From assembly GCF_013122565.1 (NCBI RefSeq), contig NZ_CP053258.1: a DNA stretch of 64,000 nucleotides, one strand, 5' to 3'. This DNA comes from Escherichia coli (lineage in GTDB: Bacteria; Pseudomonadota; Gammaproteobacteria; Enterobacterales; Enterobacteriaceae). The position numbers and the translations under genes were made by a program. Below, piece after piece: positions 37,897 through 48,846 of this stretch; within the stretch, counting starts at the first letter, position 1, and each line of letters opens with the position of its first letter. The notes below the pieces were generated by a model that was not told the origin of the DNA, did no database searches, and saw only the letters and a list, made by a program, of their open reading frames with translations.

Positions 37897-38976
37897 ATGC
37901 AAACACTTGCCGATTTACTGAATACGATCCCTGCTATCGATCCTGCCGCTATGTCGCGTGCACAACGGCATATTGACGGGTTACTCAAACCTGTTGGTAG
38001 CCTTGGAAGGCTGGAGGCGCTTGCCATACAACTGGCAGGAATGCCGGGGTTGAATGGCATACCGTATGTGGGCAAAAAAGCGGTACTGGTTATGTGTGCC
38101 GATCACGGCGTCTGGGAGGAAGGGGTCGCTATTTCCCCAAAAGAAGTGACAGCCATTCAGGCTGAAAATATGACCCGCGGAACAACCGGCGTGTGTGTGC
38201 TGGCAGCACAAGCGGGCGCTAACGTCCACGTAATTGATGTTGGTATTGATACTGTTGAACCTATCCCCGGGCTTATCAACATGCGTGTCGCACGAGGTAG
38301 CGGCAATATTGCTTCAGCTCCGGCAATGAGTCGCCGTCAGGCTGAAAAGTTGCTTTTGGACGTCATATGTTATACGCGGGAGCTGGCAAAAAACGGTGTC
38401 ACGCTGTTTGGTGTAGGTGAACTGGGGATGGCAAACACGACACCGGCAGCGGCAATAGTCAGCACAATCACTGGCCGGGATCCTGAAGAAGTGGTTGGGA
38501 TTGGCGCAAACCTGCCGACAGATAAACTGGCTAATAAAATTGATGTTGTGCGCCGGGCGATTACGTTGAATCAACCAAATCCGCAGGATGGCGTTGATGT
38601 TCTGGCAAAAGTGGGGGGATTTGATTTGGTCGGAATGGCTGGCGTGATGTTAGGCGCTGCTTCCTGCGGTTTACCCGTGTTGCTGGATGGATTTCTTTCT
38701 TATGCTGCTGCGCTCGCAGCCTGCCAGATGTCTCCTGCAATCAAACCGTATCTCATTCCTTCTCACCTGTCGGCAGAAAAAGGGGCGCGTATAGCGCTGT
38801 CGCATTTGGGGCTGGAGCCTTATCTCAATATGGATATGCGTTTAGGTGAGGGGAGTGGCGCAGCTCTGGCGATGCCCATCATCGAAGCTGCTTGTGCGAT
38901 ATACAACAACATGGGCGAACTTGCTGCCAGTAATATTGTTCTACCGGGGAAAACGTCTTCTGATTTGAACAGTTAA
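37897..38976 (+). CDS. cobT: nicotinate-nucleotide--dimethylbenzimidazole phosphoribosyltransferase
   Basis: 359 aa; matches CobT. Confidence 0.95.
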   Translation: MQTLADLLNTIPAIDPAAMSRAQRHIDGLLKPVGSLGRLEALAIQLAGMPGLNGIPYVGKKAVLVMCADHGVWEEGVAISPKEVTAIQAENMTRGTTGVCVLAAQAGANVHVIDVGIDTVEPIPGLINMRVARGSGNIASAPAMSRRQAEKLLLDVICYTRELAKNGVTLFGVGELGMANTTPAAAIVSTITGRDPEEVVGIGANLPTDKLANKIDVVRRAITLNQPNPQDGVDVLAKVGGFDLVGMAGVMLGAASCGLPVLLDGFLSYAAALAACQMSPAIKPYLIPSHLSAEKGARIALSHLGLEPYLNMDMRLGEGSGAALAMPIIEAACAIYNNMGELAASNIVLPGKTSSDLNS

Positions 38977-39037
38977 AAACGAAAAGTCTGATAAAAGCTA
39001 TACTTAACGAACAGCTTTCGCGACTTAGGAAAGGGAC

Positions 39038-39964
39038 ATGATGCGTCGTGTAAATATTCTTTGCTCATTTGCTCTGCTTTTTGCCAGCCATACTAGCCTG
39101 GCGGTAACCTATCCATTACCTCCAGAGGGTAGCCGTTTAGTGGGGCAGTCGCTTACTGTAACTGTTCCTGATCACAATACCCAGCCGCTGGAGACTTTTG
39201 CCGCACAATACGGGCAAGGGTTAAGTAACATGCTTGAAGCGAACCCGGGCGCTGATGTTTTTTTGCCGAAGTCTGGCTCGCAACTCACCATTCCGCAGCA
39301 ACTGATTTTGCCCGCCACTGTTCGTAAAGGGATTGTGGTTAACGTCGCTGAGATGCGTCTTTATTACTACCCGCCAGACAGTAATACTGTGGAAGTCTTT
39401 CCTATTGGTATCGGCCAGGCTGGGCGAGAAACCCCGCGTAACTGGGTGACTACCGTTGAACGTAAACAAGAAGCACCAACCTGGACGCCAACGCCGAACA
39501 CTCGGCGCGAATATGCGAAACGAGGGGAGAGTTTGCCCGCATTTGTTCCTGCGGGGCCCGATAATCCCATGGGGCTGTACGCGATTTATATTGGCAGGTT
39601 GTATGCCATCCATGGTACCAATGCCAATTTTGGTATTGGACTTCGGGTAAGTCAGGGCTGTATTCGTCTGCGCAATGACGATATCAAGTATCTGTTTGAT
39701 AATGTTCCTGTAGGTACTCGTGTGCAAATTATCGACCAGCCAGTAAAATACACCACTGAACCAGATGGCTCGAACTGGCTGGAAGTTCATGAGCCGCTGT
39801 CGCGCAATCGTGCAGAATATGAGTCTGACCGAAAAGTGCCATTGCCTGTAACCCCATCTTTGCGGGCGTTTATCAACGGGCAAGAAGTTGATGTGAATCG
39901 CGCAAATGCTGCGTTGCAACGACGATCGGGAATGCCTGTGAATATCAACCGTAACGGATTTTGA
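39038..39964 (+). CDS. ldtA: L,D-transpeptidase (YkuD domain), LdtA/ErfK
   Basis: Signal peptide plus YkuD catalytic motif [24 protein letters not shown]. Confidence 0.93.
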   Translation: MMRRVNILCSFALLFASHTSLAVTYPLPPEGSRLVGQSLTVTVPDHNTQPLETFAAQYGQGLSNMLEANPGADVFLPKSGSQLTIPQQLILPATVRKGIVVNVAEMRLYYYPPDSNTVEVFPIGIGQAGRETPRNWVTTVERKQEAPTWTPTPNTRREYAKRGESLPAFVPAGPDNPMGLYAIYIGRLYAIHGTNANFGIGLRVSQGCIRLRNDDIKYLFDNVPVGTRVQIIDQPVKYTTEPDGSNWLEVHEPLSRNRAEYESDRKVPLPVTPSLRAFINGQEVDVNRANAALQRRSGMPVNINRNGF

Positions 39965-40137
39965 CATTCAAAACGTCTGGTTTTTCGGTCTGAGTAAGCA
40001 TTACGTCATGCAGAACAGGTTGTTTCGAATCATACAAATCATAATTTTCTTCTCATATGCGCATCTCTTATGAGCATAATCGTTATACTCTTCTGATTTA
40101 TACATGTTTGCTGATGACATGATCAATGGAAAAGAGA

Positions 40138-41103
40138 ATGACGAAACAGAAAAAAAACAGCCGCTGGCAGGGTTACGATCCTCGCTACATATACTCGCTC
40201 GTGGTCAGACGTTATTTTGCGGATATGAAAACCAAGATTGAGATTGCAGAGGAGCTTGGCGTTTCCCGCTTTAAAGTTGCCAGATTGATCGATGAGGCGA
40301 TCGAACAGGATTACGTGAGGTTTATCTTCCCTAAGCAGCAAGCGATGGATGAAGAAATCGCCAATAATCTACGGAAAAAATTTCATCTGGAAGATGCAAT
40401 TGTTCTTTCAGTTGCTGAATCCTGGACGACGCAAGAAGAACTCAATCACAAATTGGGTGAAGTCACCGCTGAATATCTTATGCAATCTCTTCATGAAGGT
40501 ATGAAAGTGGGGATCGCCTGGGGACGTGTATTATCAAGCACGGTCAGTAAGTTGAGCAAGTTGCCTCCTTTAGACGTTGTGCAGTTATCTGGCGTACATC
40601 CGGGGATAGAGTTTAGTCAAGGGCCAATAGATCTTATTCATAAGATCGCTGCCATTTCGCAGGGAAAAGCGCACCCAATGTACGTGCCGATGTGGGTCGA
40701 TGACGAAGAGCTTGCTGCCAGACTGGCAGGTGATCCTGCGGTATTAGATACACAGCAATATTACTCACAGTTGGATGTGGTTATCACCGGGATAGGTGAC
40801 TGGAAATCAGGTTCTTCAAGCTTGTATAAAATATTTCCGGATACCTGGTGCGAAGCTTTGTTTCAACAAGATATCGCTGCGGATGTGTGTATCTCGTTGG
40901 TCAACAGGGAAGGGAAGATTCTTCATAGTCCTATTGAACGTCTGGGATTTGGCATTTCGACGGATCAACTACAAAAAGCCAAAAAAGTGATTGGTGTCGC
41001 TGGAGGAGAAGAAAAATATGAAGGCATTCTTGCTTCGCTGAAATCCGGACTTTTGAATGTCTTAATTACTGATTTTGATACGGCCATTAAACTTCTGGAT
41101 TAA
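40138..41103 (+). CDS. SorC/DeoR(Bsu)-family transcriptional regulator with sugar-phosphate-binding domain
   Basis: N-terminal HTH (KIEIAEELGVSRFKVARLI) and C-terminal SorC-type sugar-binding domain; ATG 40138 preceded by AAGAGA; first gene of the island. Confidence 0.8.
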   Translation: MTKQKKNSRWQGYDPRYIYSLVVRRYFADMKTKIEIAEELGVSRFKVARLIDEAIEQDYVRFIFPKQQAMDEEIANNLRKKFHLEDAIVLSVAESWTTQEELNHKLGEVTAEYLMQSLHEGMKVGIAWGRVLSSTVSKLSKLPPLDVVQLSGVHPGIEFSQGPIDLIHKIAAISQGKAHPMYVPMWVDDEELAARLAGDPAVLDTQQYYSQLDVVITGIGDWKSGSSSLYKIFPDTWCEALFQQDIAADVCISLVNREGKILHSPIERLGFGISTDQLQKAKKVIGVAGGEEKYEGILASLKSGLLNVLITDFDTAIKLLD

Positions 41104-41154
41104 TAGCCATATCAGTGAAGAAAGGGCAGTACCGCTGATTCTGCCCTTTTAATT

Positions 41155-41613
41155 TCAGGATGCTGCGAGCGTATCCTCTACATATTTAGCCACGTGCGTT
41201 GCAGGTAAATTGCGGCAAGTCTCAACAAAGGCGTTATCCTGAAACAGTGTGAATAAACGACGCAATATCGACATATGTTGATCACTGGTGGCAAATGCCA
41301 GGTTAAACATAATGCTACAATCAACTGTTAAATCAGCATCTTCCATTTGCCCGAAAGTGACATCATTGGCGAAACGAACAATACTGATACTGTTTACATT
41401 TACCAGCGTGTAATCGGCATGGGGAATGGCGATACCCTGACCGTTTGCCATCATTAGTCCTGTCGGATAGCTTTTTTCACGTTCCAGGCAGGCGTCAATG
41501 TATTCTGCAGTGATGTAGCCTTTTTCCAATAATTGCGTACCGGCAAAGGTGATCGCAGTTTGATAGTCACTGATGCTGTTATCAACATCATTCACCAGAA
41601 TTTCAAGTTTCAT
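41155..41613 (-). CDS. PTS enzyme IIA component (PTS_EIIA_2, fructose/mannitol/galactitol type)
   Basis: 152 aa with phospho-His motif GIAIPHA. Confidence 0.85.
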   Translation of the reverse strand: MKLEILVNDVDNSISDYQTAITFAGTQLLEKGYITAEYIDACLEREKSYPTGLMMANGQGIAIPHADYTLVNVNSISIVRFANDVTFGQMEDADLTVDCSIMFNLAFATSDQHMSILRRLFTLFQDNAFVETCRNLPATHVAKYVEDTLAAS

Positions 41614-41623
41614 TGCACACCTG

Positions 41624-41908
41624 TTATTTCAACATCTCTTCTTTAACTGCAGCGAAAATCTCATCTTCGCCCAGACCTGTCAGTAATCCAGCGCCAACGA
41701 TGACACGAGTAGTAATGGCCGGGTTATCGAGTTTGGTCGATGAAACCACCAGGTCATAGCTGTTGAAGGTATCGCTGGTGCATGCCATTAACGAAGATTT
41801 ATCGACTTGCGCTTCAATTTTCTCTTCTTTCAGGAAGTCCTGCAGTACAGAGACCATGATGGAAGATGAGGCAATTCCGTTTCCGCAAACTACTAAGATT
41901 TTTTTCAT
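41624..41908 (-). CDS. PTS enzyme IIB component (galactitol/ascorbate type)
   Basis: 94 aa; N-terminal KILVVCGNGIASS with phospho-Cys. Confidence 0.85.
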   Translation of the reverse strand: MKKILVVCGNGIASSSIMVSVLQDFLKEEKIEAQVDKSSLMACTSDTFNSYDLVVSSTKLDNPAITTRVIVGAGLLTGLGEDEIFAAVKEEMLK

Positions 41909-41931
41909 TTGATTATTCCTCTGTAAAAGAT

Positions 41932-43302
41932 TTAAAGCGCTTTTTCCAAATCCGTTTCAATCTGGCGACGTGATTTTTGTTTAATTAAGTATCCAATAGA
42001 TAACAAAAGGATACCTGCCATCAAATAGCCAATGATTCCAACATGGCTCAGGGCGGCAAACAGACCAGTAAATGGATTCGCTGACGGGTTAAGTGAAGAG
42101 TACATTACGCTGGCATCCGGGTTTGTACCAAATTTCTGGAAGACTTCGTTGGTAGCCGGTGCCATCCACGACGCAATATACAGACCACCACCGAACAAAA
42201 TGATCGAGGTCACCCAGGTGCGAATAATGTTGCCATTAAAAACAGGTACCATGCAGGCAATAAAAAACACAAACTGAGAGAGGTCACCCAGTGGCATAAC
42301 GCGGTTGCCGGGCAAGATCACGGCGAGGATCACAATGACCGGGATCAGTAATAATGCAGGGGCGATAACTGATGGATGACCCACAATCAGAGCAGTGTCC
42401 ATACCAACAGTGATTTGACGATCCGGGAACCGTTTGACCAGTTTTTTGCGTGCTACGTTGGAAAGCGGAACAAGTCCTTCCATCATGATAGAGGTCATAC
42501 GTGGTAACAGAAGCATGACCGCAGCCAGATACATCCCTAACTGTAGGCTGGCGATTATGGTGTGGTATGGGGATTTCCAGCCATAACCACAAAAGCCCAA
42601 CAAAATACCAATAATAAAACCAACCATAGTTGGATCGCCGAGAATGCCAAACCGTTTTTGAATAGTTTCGGCGGTCACATTCAGATTACGGAAGCCTGGG
42701 ATGCGATCATAAATCCAGTTGAATGGATAAGCGAAAAGTAAGTAGGTATTGGCAACCGGGTGAGAGATCGCAACACCTTTTGGCAGGTTAAAGAATTTTT
42801 CGTTATTTTTAGCACCAAGATCGGCAGCGATCAGCGCCCAGACATGGAATAGCGCGGCGGTCAATGCGCCATACAGGAAACTACCAGAATAGACGCCAAC
42901 AATTGCCCCCATTGACGCATTTTGATGAAGGTTGAAAACATCAACGTTAACACAGTCAGTCAGGCGGGCGACCAGCATTGCAATATTTACCGCAACACAG
43001 AGGGGAATAATGATAGCGCCCATGCTGGAGCCAAATCCCATAACCGCAGTCGCTGCGCCACCAACATCGATGGCACTGAGCGAGGAACCTGTTGCTTCTG
43101 CTAATCCGGTGACTGCCGGTTGCATTTTTTCCAGCATCAGTTTGATGGTCATGGTTAGCGCAATGAAACCAATGCCTACTTTGATGGCAGACGAGATACA
43201 TTCAGAAAGAGGACGGCCAAGTATCTTCATCAGTACCAGGAAGATGACCGGGATAAATATAAAATTTCCCAGATCGTTTATAAATTGCGTGATCAGTTCC
43301 AT
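41932..43302 (-). CDS. PTS enzyme IIC permease (galactitol-class)
   Basis: 456 aa polytopic membrane protein; GatC/SgcC-like. Confidence 0.85.
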   Translation of the reverse strand: MELITQFINDLGNFIFIPVIFLVLMKILGRPLSECISSAIKVGIGFIALTMTIKLMLEKMQPAVTGLAEATGSSLSAIDVGGAATAVMGFGSSMGAIIIPLCVAVNIAMLVARLTDCVNVDVFNLHQNASMGAIVGVYSGSFLYGALTAALFHVWALIAADLGAKNNEKFFNLPKGVAISHPVANTYLLFAYPFNWIYDRIPGFRNLNVTAETIQKRFGILGDPTMVGFIIGILLGFCGYGWKSPYHTIIASLQLGMYLAAVMLLLPRMTSIMMEGLVPLSNVARKKLVKRFPDRQITVGMDTALIVGHPSVIAPALLLIPVIVILAVILPGNRVMPLGDLSQFVFFIACMVPVFNGNIIRTWVTSIILFGGGLYIASWMAPATNEVFQKFGTNPDASVMYSSLNPSANPFTGLFAALSHVGIIGYLMAGILLLSIGYLIKQKSRRQIETDLEKAL

Positions 43303-43305
43303 ACA

Positions 43306-43842
43306 TTAACCCTCAGATTTTTCATCATCTGGTCGGAAACCCATATTCCAGCGTACATCAGCGGGCTTAACCAGCAATGCATTATCGTTACGTTCAGCTT
43401 CTAGTAAGTTCTTTTTAGAATTTTCTCTGGCGGTGGTGAAGTCGAATGGGTTATCCAACCATGCATCGACAATCATTTTGCTGTATTCGAGATCGTTGAC
43501 CCGGCAACCCAGTCCAATAACTTGTGCGTTATTGCTGAGTCGCGCCCGCTTTGCGGAGTAGGGGTTAGTAACCGCAACGGCTCTTATGCCCCAGTGTTTG
43601 TTGATCTGACAAGTAAAGCCAATGCCAGTCCCACAAATGTAAATTCCCAGACGGCACTCATCGCGTTGAATAATGCCTGCCATTTCGTCGGCCAGACGCG
43701 CGAAGTTATTGACACCTTGTTCCTTACATGTGACGGGATCGTACACGATCTCCATGTTTTTCTCTTCTATGAGGTATTTTTTTATCTCCTCTTTACGTGC
43801 AAAACCTACATCATCGCTTGCGATAGCAATCTTTGTTTTCAT
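43306..43842 (-). CDS. RpiB/LacA/LacB-family sugar-phosphate isomerase
   Basis: 178 aa; KIAIASDDVGF start and active-site CGTGIG motif; first gene of the minus-strand PTS operon. Confidence 0.8.
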   Translation of the reverse strand: MKTKIAIASDDVGFARKEEIKKYLIEEKNMEIVYDPVTCKEQGVNNFARLADEMAGIIQRDECRLGIYICGTGIGFTCQINKHWGIRAVAVTNPYSAKRARLSNNAQVIGLGCRVNDLEYSKMIVDAWLDNPFDFTTARENSKKNLLEAERNDNALLVKPADVRWNMGFRPDDEKSEG

Positions 43843-44190
43843 TTCATTTTGCCTGTCGTTAAGTAACTAAAGCCAAGTATGCTGTTGGTAAATATTGGTT
43901 GTCAATTGAGATCTAAATCACAAAATTTATAACTGATTGATTTTTAATGAATTAAAAACCAATAAAAACAAATAAAAAATAAATTAAGCCAATTAAAACA
44001 AAGTAGGCTTGCACAAGCACTTTGCAATTAATAATAAAAACACATTAAATATCAATCATATATATGAATTGCCAAACATTGTCTTTATTGGGCTTATTTG
44101 TACTTTCTACAGTTAGTGTTTGTTTTTGTTTGCATCATCTGTGCTATGCTTGGCGTTTTCTAAGATGGGCAATAGATTTCAGGAGGAAGG

Positions 44191-44946
44191 ATGTATCTGG
44201 TTGATGAAAGGCGAAAGTTAATACTTGAAGACTTAATGTCGGCAGGTACGGTCTATGTCAGTGATCTTGCACGAAAGTATGAAGTAACGTATGAGACCAT
44301 CAGGAAAGATTTGACCCATCTTGAACAAAAAGGGCTGCTGATCAAAAGCCATGGTGGGGCGACTTTAAAGCAAAGGGCCATAGAGCATCCCTTTCAGGTC
44401 AGGGAAAAAGAAAATAACTCTTATAAGAAGGCGATAGCTCGTAAAGCGCTTGATTTCATTCCGCCTAATAGTTCGATGATTATCGGTACGGGCAGTACCA
44501 CTTTTGAGCTGGCTAACCTGTTATGTATGAAGTCTGGGTTTAAAATCTTCACAGATTCGCTCCCCGTTGCCAGTGTGTTGATTGAATCTGACAATCAGGT
44601 TTTTCTCTTTGGCGGCGAACTGCGTAGAAAGAGTTCCTCAGTGTTTGGGGGGTGGGCGGTATCTATGATCAACGATATACATGTTGATCTCTGTTTCATT
44701 GGAACCGACGGCTTTAGTAACATGACTGGTCCATCGACGCCTTCTTCTTCTGATGCGTTTTTGGATCGCACGATAATTTCGCACTCAGACAAAAAATATA
44801 TCCTCGGTGATTACACCAAGTTTGAGCGCAGCAGTTTGTTTAAGATCTGCGACTGGTCGGAGATCACCGCCCTTATTACCAACGATCATGCCGACAAAGA
44901 GGGGATTGCCGAAGTCGCAAAATACACGTCAGTAATAACCTGTTAG
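44191..44946 (+). CDS. DeoR-family transcriptional regulator
   Basis: 251 aa; N-terminal DeoR HTH (RRKLILEDLMSAGTVYVSDLARKYEVTYETIRKDL) and C-terminal DeoR-C sensor domain; AGGAGG Shine-Dalgarno. Confidence 0.85.
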   Translation: MYLVDERRKLILEDLMSAGTVYVSDLARKYEVTYETIRKDLTHLEQKGLLIKSHGGATLKQRAIEHPFQVREKENNSYKKAIARKALDFIPPNSSMIIGTGSTTFELANLLCMKSGFKIFTDSLPVASVLIESDNQVFLFGGELRRKSSSVFGGWAVSMINDIHVDLCFIGTDGFSNMTGPSTPSSSDAFLDRTIISHSDKKYILGDYTKFERSSLFKICDWSEITALITNDHADKEGIAEVAKYTSVITC

Positions 44947-45123
44947 AACTCCCTACAACACGCCTTCTCCCTTCGAATCAGCTTTGCCAAATGTAATCAT
45001 TTCCAAATTATCAAGTGAGCATCCATGGTGATGCTTGCTTAGCGCCCTTTATTGAATGCATCCTCTGCATATTGCCAGTTGCACCTCATTTTTTGCGAAG
45101 AAATCATTTTTTGAATCACGGTT

Positions 45124-45262
45124 TGCTCATATGAGCATAAATGCTGTCGCCATTATGTGCTTTTTTGTGATCTGGATTTAATTTCTCAGATCTCGTCATT
45201 TATCCACAGGATCGTTGTGCTATAACTGCTCATATGAATATTGTTCAATGCTCATGTGAGCA
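45124..45262. promoter_or_regulatory. three copies of a TGCTCATATGAGCA-type palindromic operator upstream of the second PTS operon
   Basis: TGCTCATATGAGCA at 45124..45137 (perfect 14-bp palindrome), TGCTCATATGAATA at 45227..45240, TGCTCATGTGAGCA at 45249..45262. Confidence 0.6.
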
Positions 45263-45284
45263 TTGTGGGGTGAGGGGGAAGGAT

Positions 45285-45728
45285 ATGATATCGATCAGTG
45301 TTGCCGATGGTGCGGGACTACAGAACTACGATGCCGTGCTTGAACATATTTATAACACGCATCGTGAAACGAATACGGTGAAAGAGAGCTGGCTCAATGC
45401 TATGCGTAAACGCGAAGCGGAATATCCGACAGGAATAGAACTGGAAGGTTATTCTATCGCTATACCACACTGTGATAGTGAACATGCGAATCAACCGGCT
45501 ATTTATATCATCCGTCTGCCAGACGCAATACCTGTGAACAGGGCTGATGAAGATGGAATATTGTGGGTCAGACTCGTCGTTAATCTTATTGTTACGGATC
45601 CTGCTGACCAGCTTCGATTGTTAAAGTCATTATTTAACCATCTCCAAAATGAAGAATTTTACCAAAACTTACTGACACTTCCCGTCGATGATGCAAAAGC
45701 ACTTTTTGTGTCCAAAATAATCCAATAG
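45285..45728 (+). CDS. PTS enzyme IIA component (PTS_EIIA_2)
   Basis: Phospho-His motif SIAIPHC; ATG 45285 preceded by a GGGGGAAGGA ribosome-binding site; ORF-track start 45234 is probably an upstream extension. Confidence 0.85.
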   Translation: MISISVADGAGLQNYDAVLEHIYNTHRETNTVKESWLNAMRKREAEYPTGIELEGYSIAIPHCDSEHANQPAIYIIRLPDAIPVNRADEDGILWVRLVVNLIVTDPADQLRLLKSLFNHLQNEEFYQNLLTLPVDDAKALFVSKIIQ

Positions 45729-45746
45729 TAAAAACTGGAGTTTATT

Positions 45747-46040
45747 ATGATTAATATTCTTGTTGCTTGTGGTAGCGGTGTCGCTACATCTACGCTTGCT
45801 GCTGATGAAGTGAAGTCAGTATGTGCTGAATATGGTATTACGGCATTTAAAATCAACAAATGCAGTATGGCTGAACTTTCTTCTGAGATGGCTCATGCAG
45901 ATATTGTACTCACAACTAATAACTATAAAGGTGATATTGGGAAACCACATATGAGTGTTGCAGGTTTTGTAACGGGTATTAATGAAGGAGCATTACGCAA
46001 GAAATTAGGAGAGTTATTAACTGAATTAGCAAATAGCTAA
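45747..46040 (+). CDS. PTS enzyme IIB component (galactitol type)
   Basis: 97 aa; INILVACGSGVATS phospho-Cys motif. Confidence 0.85.
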   Translation: MINILVACGSGVATSTLAADEVKSVCAEYGITAFKINKCSMAELSSEMAHADIVLTTNNYKGDIGKPHMSVAGFVTGINEGALRKKLGELLTELANS

Positions 46041-46060
46041 ACCTGACAGGAATAATAAAA

Positions 46061-47314
46061 ATGGAAATGTTGAAAAATTTAATGGAAACCATCACCGGAA
46101 TGGGGGCAACTGCAATACTGCCGCTGGTGATATTTATTTTAGGTCTGGTGTTCAGAATGAAACCAGGTGCCGCGATCAAGTCGGGCATCACAGTCGGTAT
46201 TGGTTTTATTGGTTTAGGTTTGGTTGTTGGTTTATTAAATAGTTCATTACAGCCAGCTATTGAGTATTACTCAAAAGTAGGTAGTGGTTTTACGGTTGCA
46301 GATATTGGTTGGCCAGCAGTCGGTGCTGCTGCATGGGTAGCACCTTTTGCCGCATTAGTGATACCAGTTGGCATCGTACTTAACCTGATACTGGTGCGCC
46401 TGAAATTAACCAAAACGTTAAATGTTGATATCTGGAACTATATGCATTTTTTAGTTCCGGGCGCTCTGGCATATTTTGTGTTCGACAGTTTTATCATCGG
46501 CTTCTCTGTCGCGGTGGCTTTGAGTATTGCGGCTCTGTTTATTGGCGATTTGATTGCGCCCAGATGGCAAAAATATTATGGACTCGAGGGAACAACCTGT
46601 ACCACGATGATTCATATCGGCTGGACTCTACCGTTCGCCTGGGTAGTAAATAAAATCATTGATTACATCCCAGGGTTAAATAAGTTAGATGTTGATTTAA
46701 ACAGCGTGCAAAAACGCCTGGGTGTCTTTGGTGAACCTGCAATTATCGGTGTTATCGTTGGCGCATTACTCGGAGTTTTAACGAAACAGGCAATTACCAC
46801 AATTGTTCCCATGGCGATGGGGGTTGCTGGCGTAATGGTATTATTGCCTAAAGTGGTCGGTGTGCTGATGGAAGGTCTTAACCCGATTGGGAAAAGTGCT
46901 AAAGAAATCATGCAAAAACAGATGGGTAAAGATGCAGAATTAAACATCGGTATGGATTGTGCACTGGCGTTGGGGGATCCGGCTACGGTCACCGTGACAG
47001 TAATTACCATTCCTTTAACCATGCTATGTGCTCTGGTATTACCTGATATTAAGATCTTCCCAATCGGCGTATTGATGTCAATTATTTATATGACCACCAT
47101 GACCGTAATGGCGAGCAACGGTAACGTGATTCGTTCGATTATCTCGACCTTGTTATTCTGCGTTGTAGTGATGTATTTAGGCGGTTATGTCGCACCAGGG
47201 GCAACGCAATTTTTAGCTGGAGCCGGTGTAGGCTTGCAAGGACAAGGTACTGATTTTGTATTAACCGGCCCGTGGGAAATTTTAACCTATTGGTTGAGTA
47301 CCGTATTACATTGA
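46061..47314 (+). CDS. PTS enzyme IIC permease (galactitol-class)
   Basis: 417 aa polytopic membrane protein; GatC-like. Confidence 0.85.
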   Translation: MEMLKNLMETITGMGATAILPLVIFILGLVFRMKPGAAIKSGITVGIGFIGLGLVVGLLNSSLQPAIEYYSKVGSGFTVADIGWPAVGAAAWVAPFAALVIPVGIVLNLILVRLKLTKTLNVDIWNYMHFLVPGALAYFVFDSFIIGFSVAVALSIAALFIGDLIAPRWQKYYGLEGTTCTTMIHIGWTLPFAWVVNKIIDYIPGLNKLDVDLNSVQKRLGVFGEPAIIGVIVGALLGVLTKQAITTIVPMAMGVAGVMVLLPKVVGVLMEGLNPIGKSAKEIMQKQMGKDAELNIGMDCALALGDPATVTVTVITIPLTMLCALVLPDIKIFPIGVLMSIIYMTTMTVMASNGNVIRSIISTLLFCVVVMYLGGYVAPGATQFLAGAGVGLQGQGTDFVLTGPWEILTYWLSTVLH

Positions 47315-47336
47315 TTTAATAATCTGGAGTTTTAAC

Positions 47337-47981
47337 ATGGCAAAAATATTACCTTCTATATTTGGCGCGGATATTTTACGCCTGAAAGATGAAATTCATT
47401 TTCTGGAAGAGGAACAAACCGAAATATTGCACGTTGATTTAATGGATGGCACTTATGTCAGTAATATTGCCTTTGGCCCAAATCAAATAGCAGCAATGAA
47501 AAAAGCCAGTTCGATGATCTTTGATGTGCACATGATGCTGGCAAATCCTGAGCGACATATTGATGATGTAATCAATACCGGGGCGGAGATGATTTCTGTA
47601 CATTATGAATCGACGCCACATGTACATTATATTATTCAAAAAATCAAAAAAGCGGGTCGCAAAGCAGGTGTTGTGCTTAATCCTGGGACACCTGAATCTG
47701 TCATCGAGTATTTATTAGATGATATTGATTATATATTGTTAATGACAATTAACCCAGGGCAACCAGGCCAGACATTTATTCATAAAAGTCTGGAGAAAAT
47801 CCGTAATACCAAAAAAATGATATCTGGCAGAGATATTCAAATTGAAGTGGATGGTGGCGTTAATCTTGATAATGTAAAACAAGTTAAAGAAGCAGGGGCT
47901 GACCTTATTGTTGTTGGTGGTGCCTTATTTAACAAACAGCCTCGTGAAAGTTATCAGGCATTGAAAATCGCTATTCAGTGA
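47337..47981 (+). CDS. ribulose-phosphate 3-epimerase family protein (Rpe/AlsE/SgcE-like)
   Basis: 214 aa TIM-barrel epimerase; HVDLMDG and IEVDGG motifs. Confidence 0.85.
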   Translation: MAKILPSIFGADILRLKDEIHFLEEEQTEILHVDLMDGTYVSNIAFGPNQIAAMKKASSMIFDVHMMLANPERHIDDVINTGAEMISVHYESTPHVHYIIQKIKKAGRKAGVVLNPGTPESVIEYLLDDIDYILLMTINPGQPGQTFIHKSLEKIRNTKKMISGRDIQIEVDGGVNLDNVKQVKEAGADLIVVGGALFNKQPRESYQALKIAIQ

Positions 47982-48078
47982 TCACAATCTAAAAATTTCA
48001 CATCCAGTTAAGTGAGGTTTTCGATTTCATATCGGGAGGAAAACCTCAGCTAAAAAATGTCTTTAATGGAGAAAAGTA

Positions 48079-48831
48079 ATGAGTAATTTTGCAGGTAAAG
48101 TGGTTTTAGTTACCGGAGGTGCTCACGGTATTGGCAAAGGGATAGCTAAACAATTTGCTGATCGTGGTGCACATACTGTTATTGTTGACTATAACGAAGA
48201 GAACGGCAAGGCCACTGCAGCAGAGTTAACTTTTGGCGATGTTAAATCGCTGTTTGTTAAAACAGATGTCTCTGATCCACAGGCATTAGTGGATGTACGG
48301 GAAAAAGTATTTGCTACCTTTGGTCGTATTGATGTGTTGATATTAAATGCCGGTGTGGCATTTGCCAATAAAGTTAACAATATTTCTTTTGAGGAATGGA
48401 ATAAGACTATCGCAATTAATTTATCGGGATTATTTAATACCGTTAAGGCGTTTTATGATGATTTCCTGACAAATAAGGGATCTATTGTTTATATCTCATC
48501 GGGATCAGCACTTTCGGGGACTGGAGGCGGTGTGAGTTATCCAGCCAGTAAAGCGGGAGGCGAAGGGTTGATTCGCGGTCTGGCGAAGGAGTTAGGACCA
48601 AAAGGCGTCAATGTTAATGCGATTGCTCCCCGCTTAATAGACACCGGAGAGATGATGCGGGTCAACTATCCGACACAAGCCGATTTAGACGCTGTCCTGG
48701 AAAAAATACCCGTCCGTCGTCTGGGAACTATCGATGATGTGGCTAACCTGGCAATATTTTTGGCAGATAAAGATAACTCTTATATTCAGGGACAAACCAT
48801 TTTAATGGATGGTGGCCGGACTATTGCTTAA
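48079..48831 (+). CDS. short-chain dehydrogenase/reductase (SDR)
   Basis: 250 aa; TGGAHGIGKGIA Rossmann motif and YPASK catalytic Tyr-x3-Lys. Confidence 0.85.
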   Translation: MSNFAGKVVLVTGGAHGIGKGIAKQFADRGAHTVIVDYNEENGKATAAELTFGDVKSLFVKTDVSDPQALVDVREKVFATFGRIDVLILNAGVAFANKVNNISFEEWNKTIAINLSGLFNTVKAFYDDFLTNKGSIVYISSGSALSGTGGGVSYPASKAGGEGLIRGLAKELGPKGVNVNAIAPRLIDTGEMMRVNYPTQADLDAVLEKIPVRRLGTIDDVANLAIFLADKDNSYIQGQTILMDGGRTIA

Positions 48832-48846
48832 AAAGGGAGAGAAAAA

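Noticed and set aside
39221-39967. 248-aa minus-strand ORF antisense to ldtA
   Set aside because: The plus-strand frame has a signal peptide and the YkuD catalytic motif (SQGCIRL); the antisense frame has no recognisable features.
39965-40137. Search for an att-type direct repeat of the tRNA-Asn 3' end, or an integrase, at the ldtA-proximal island boundary
   Set aside because: No copy of the tRNA 3' segment and no integrase, transposase or IS-like ORF was seen anywhere in the island; the mechanism of acquisition stays open.
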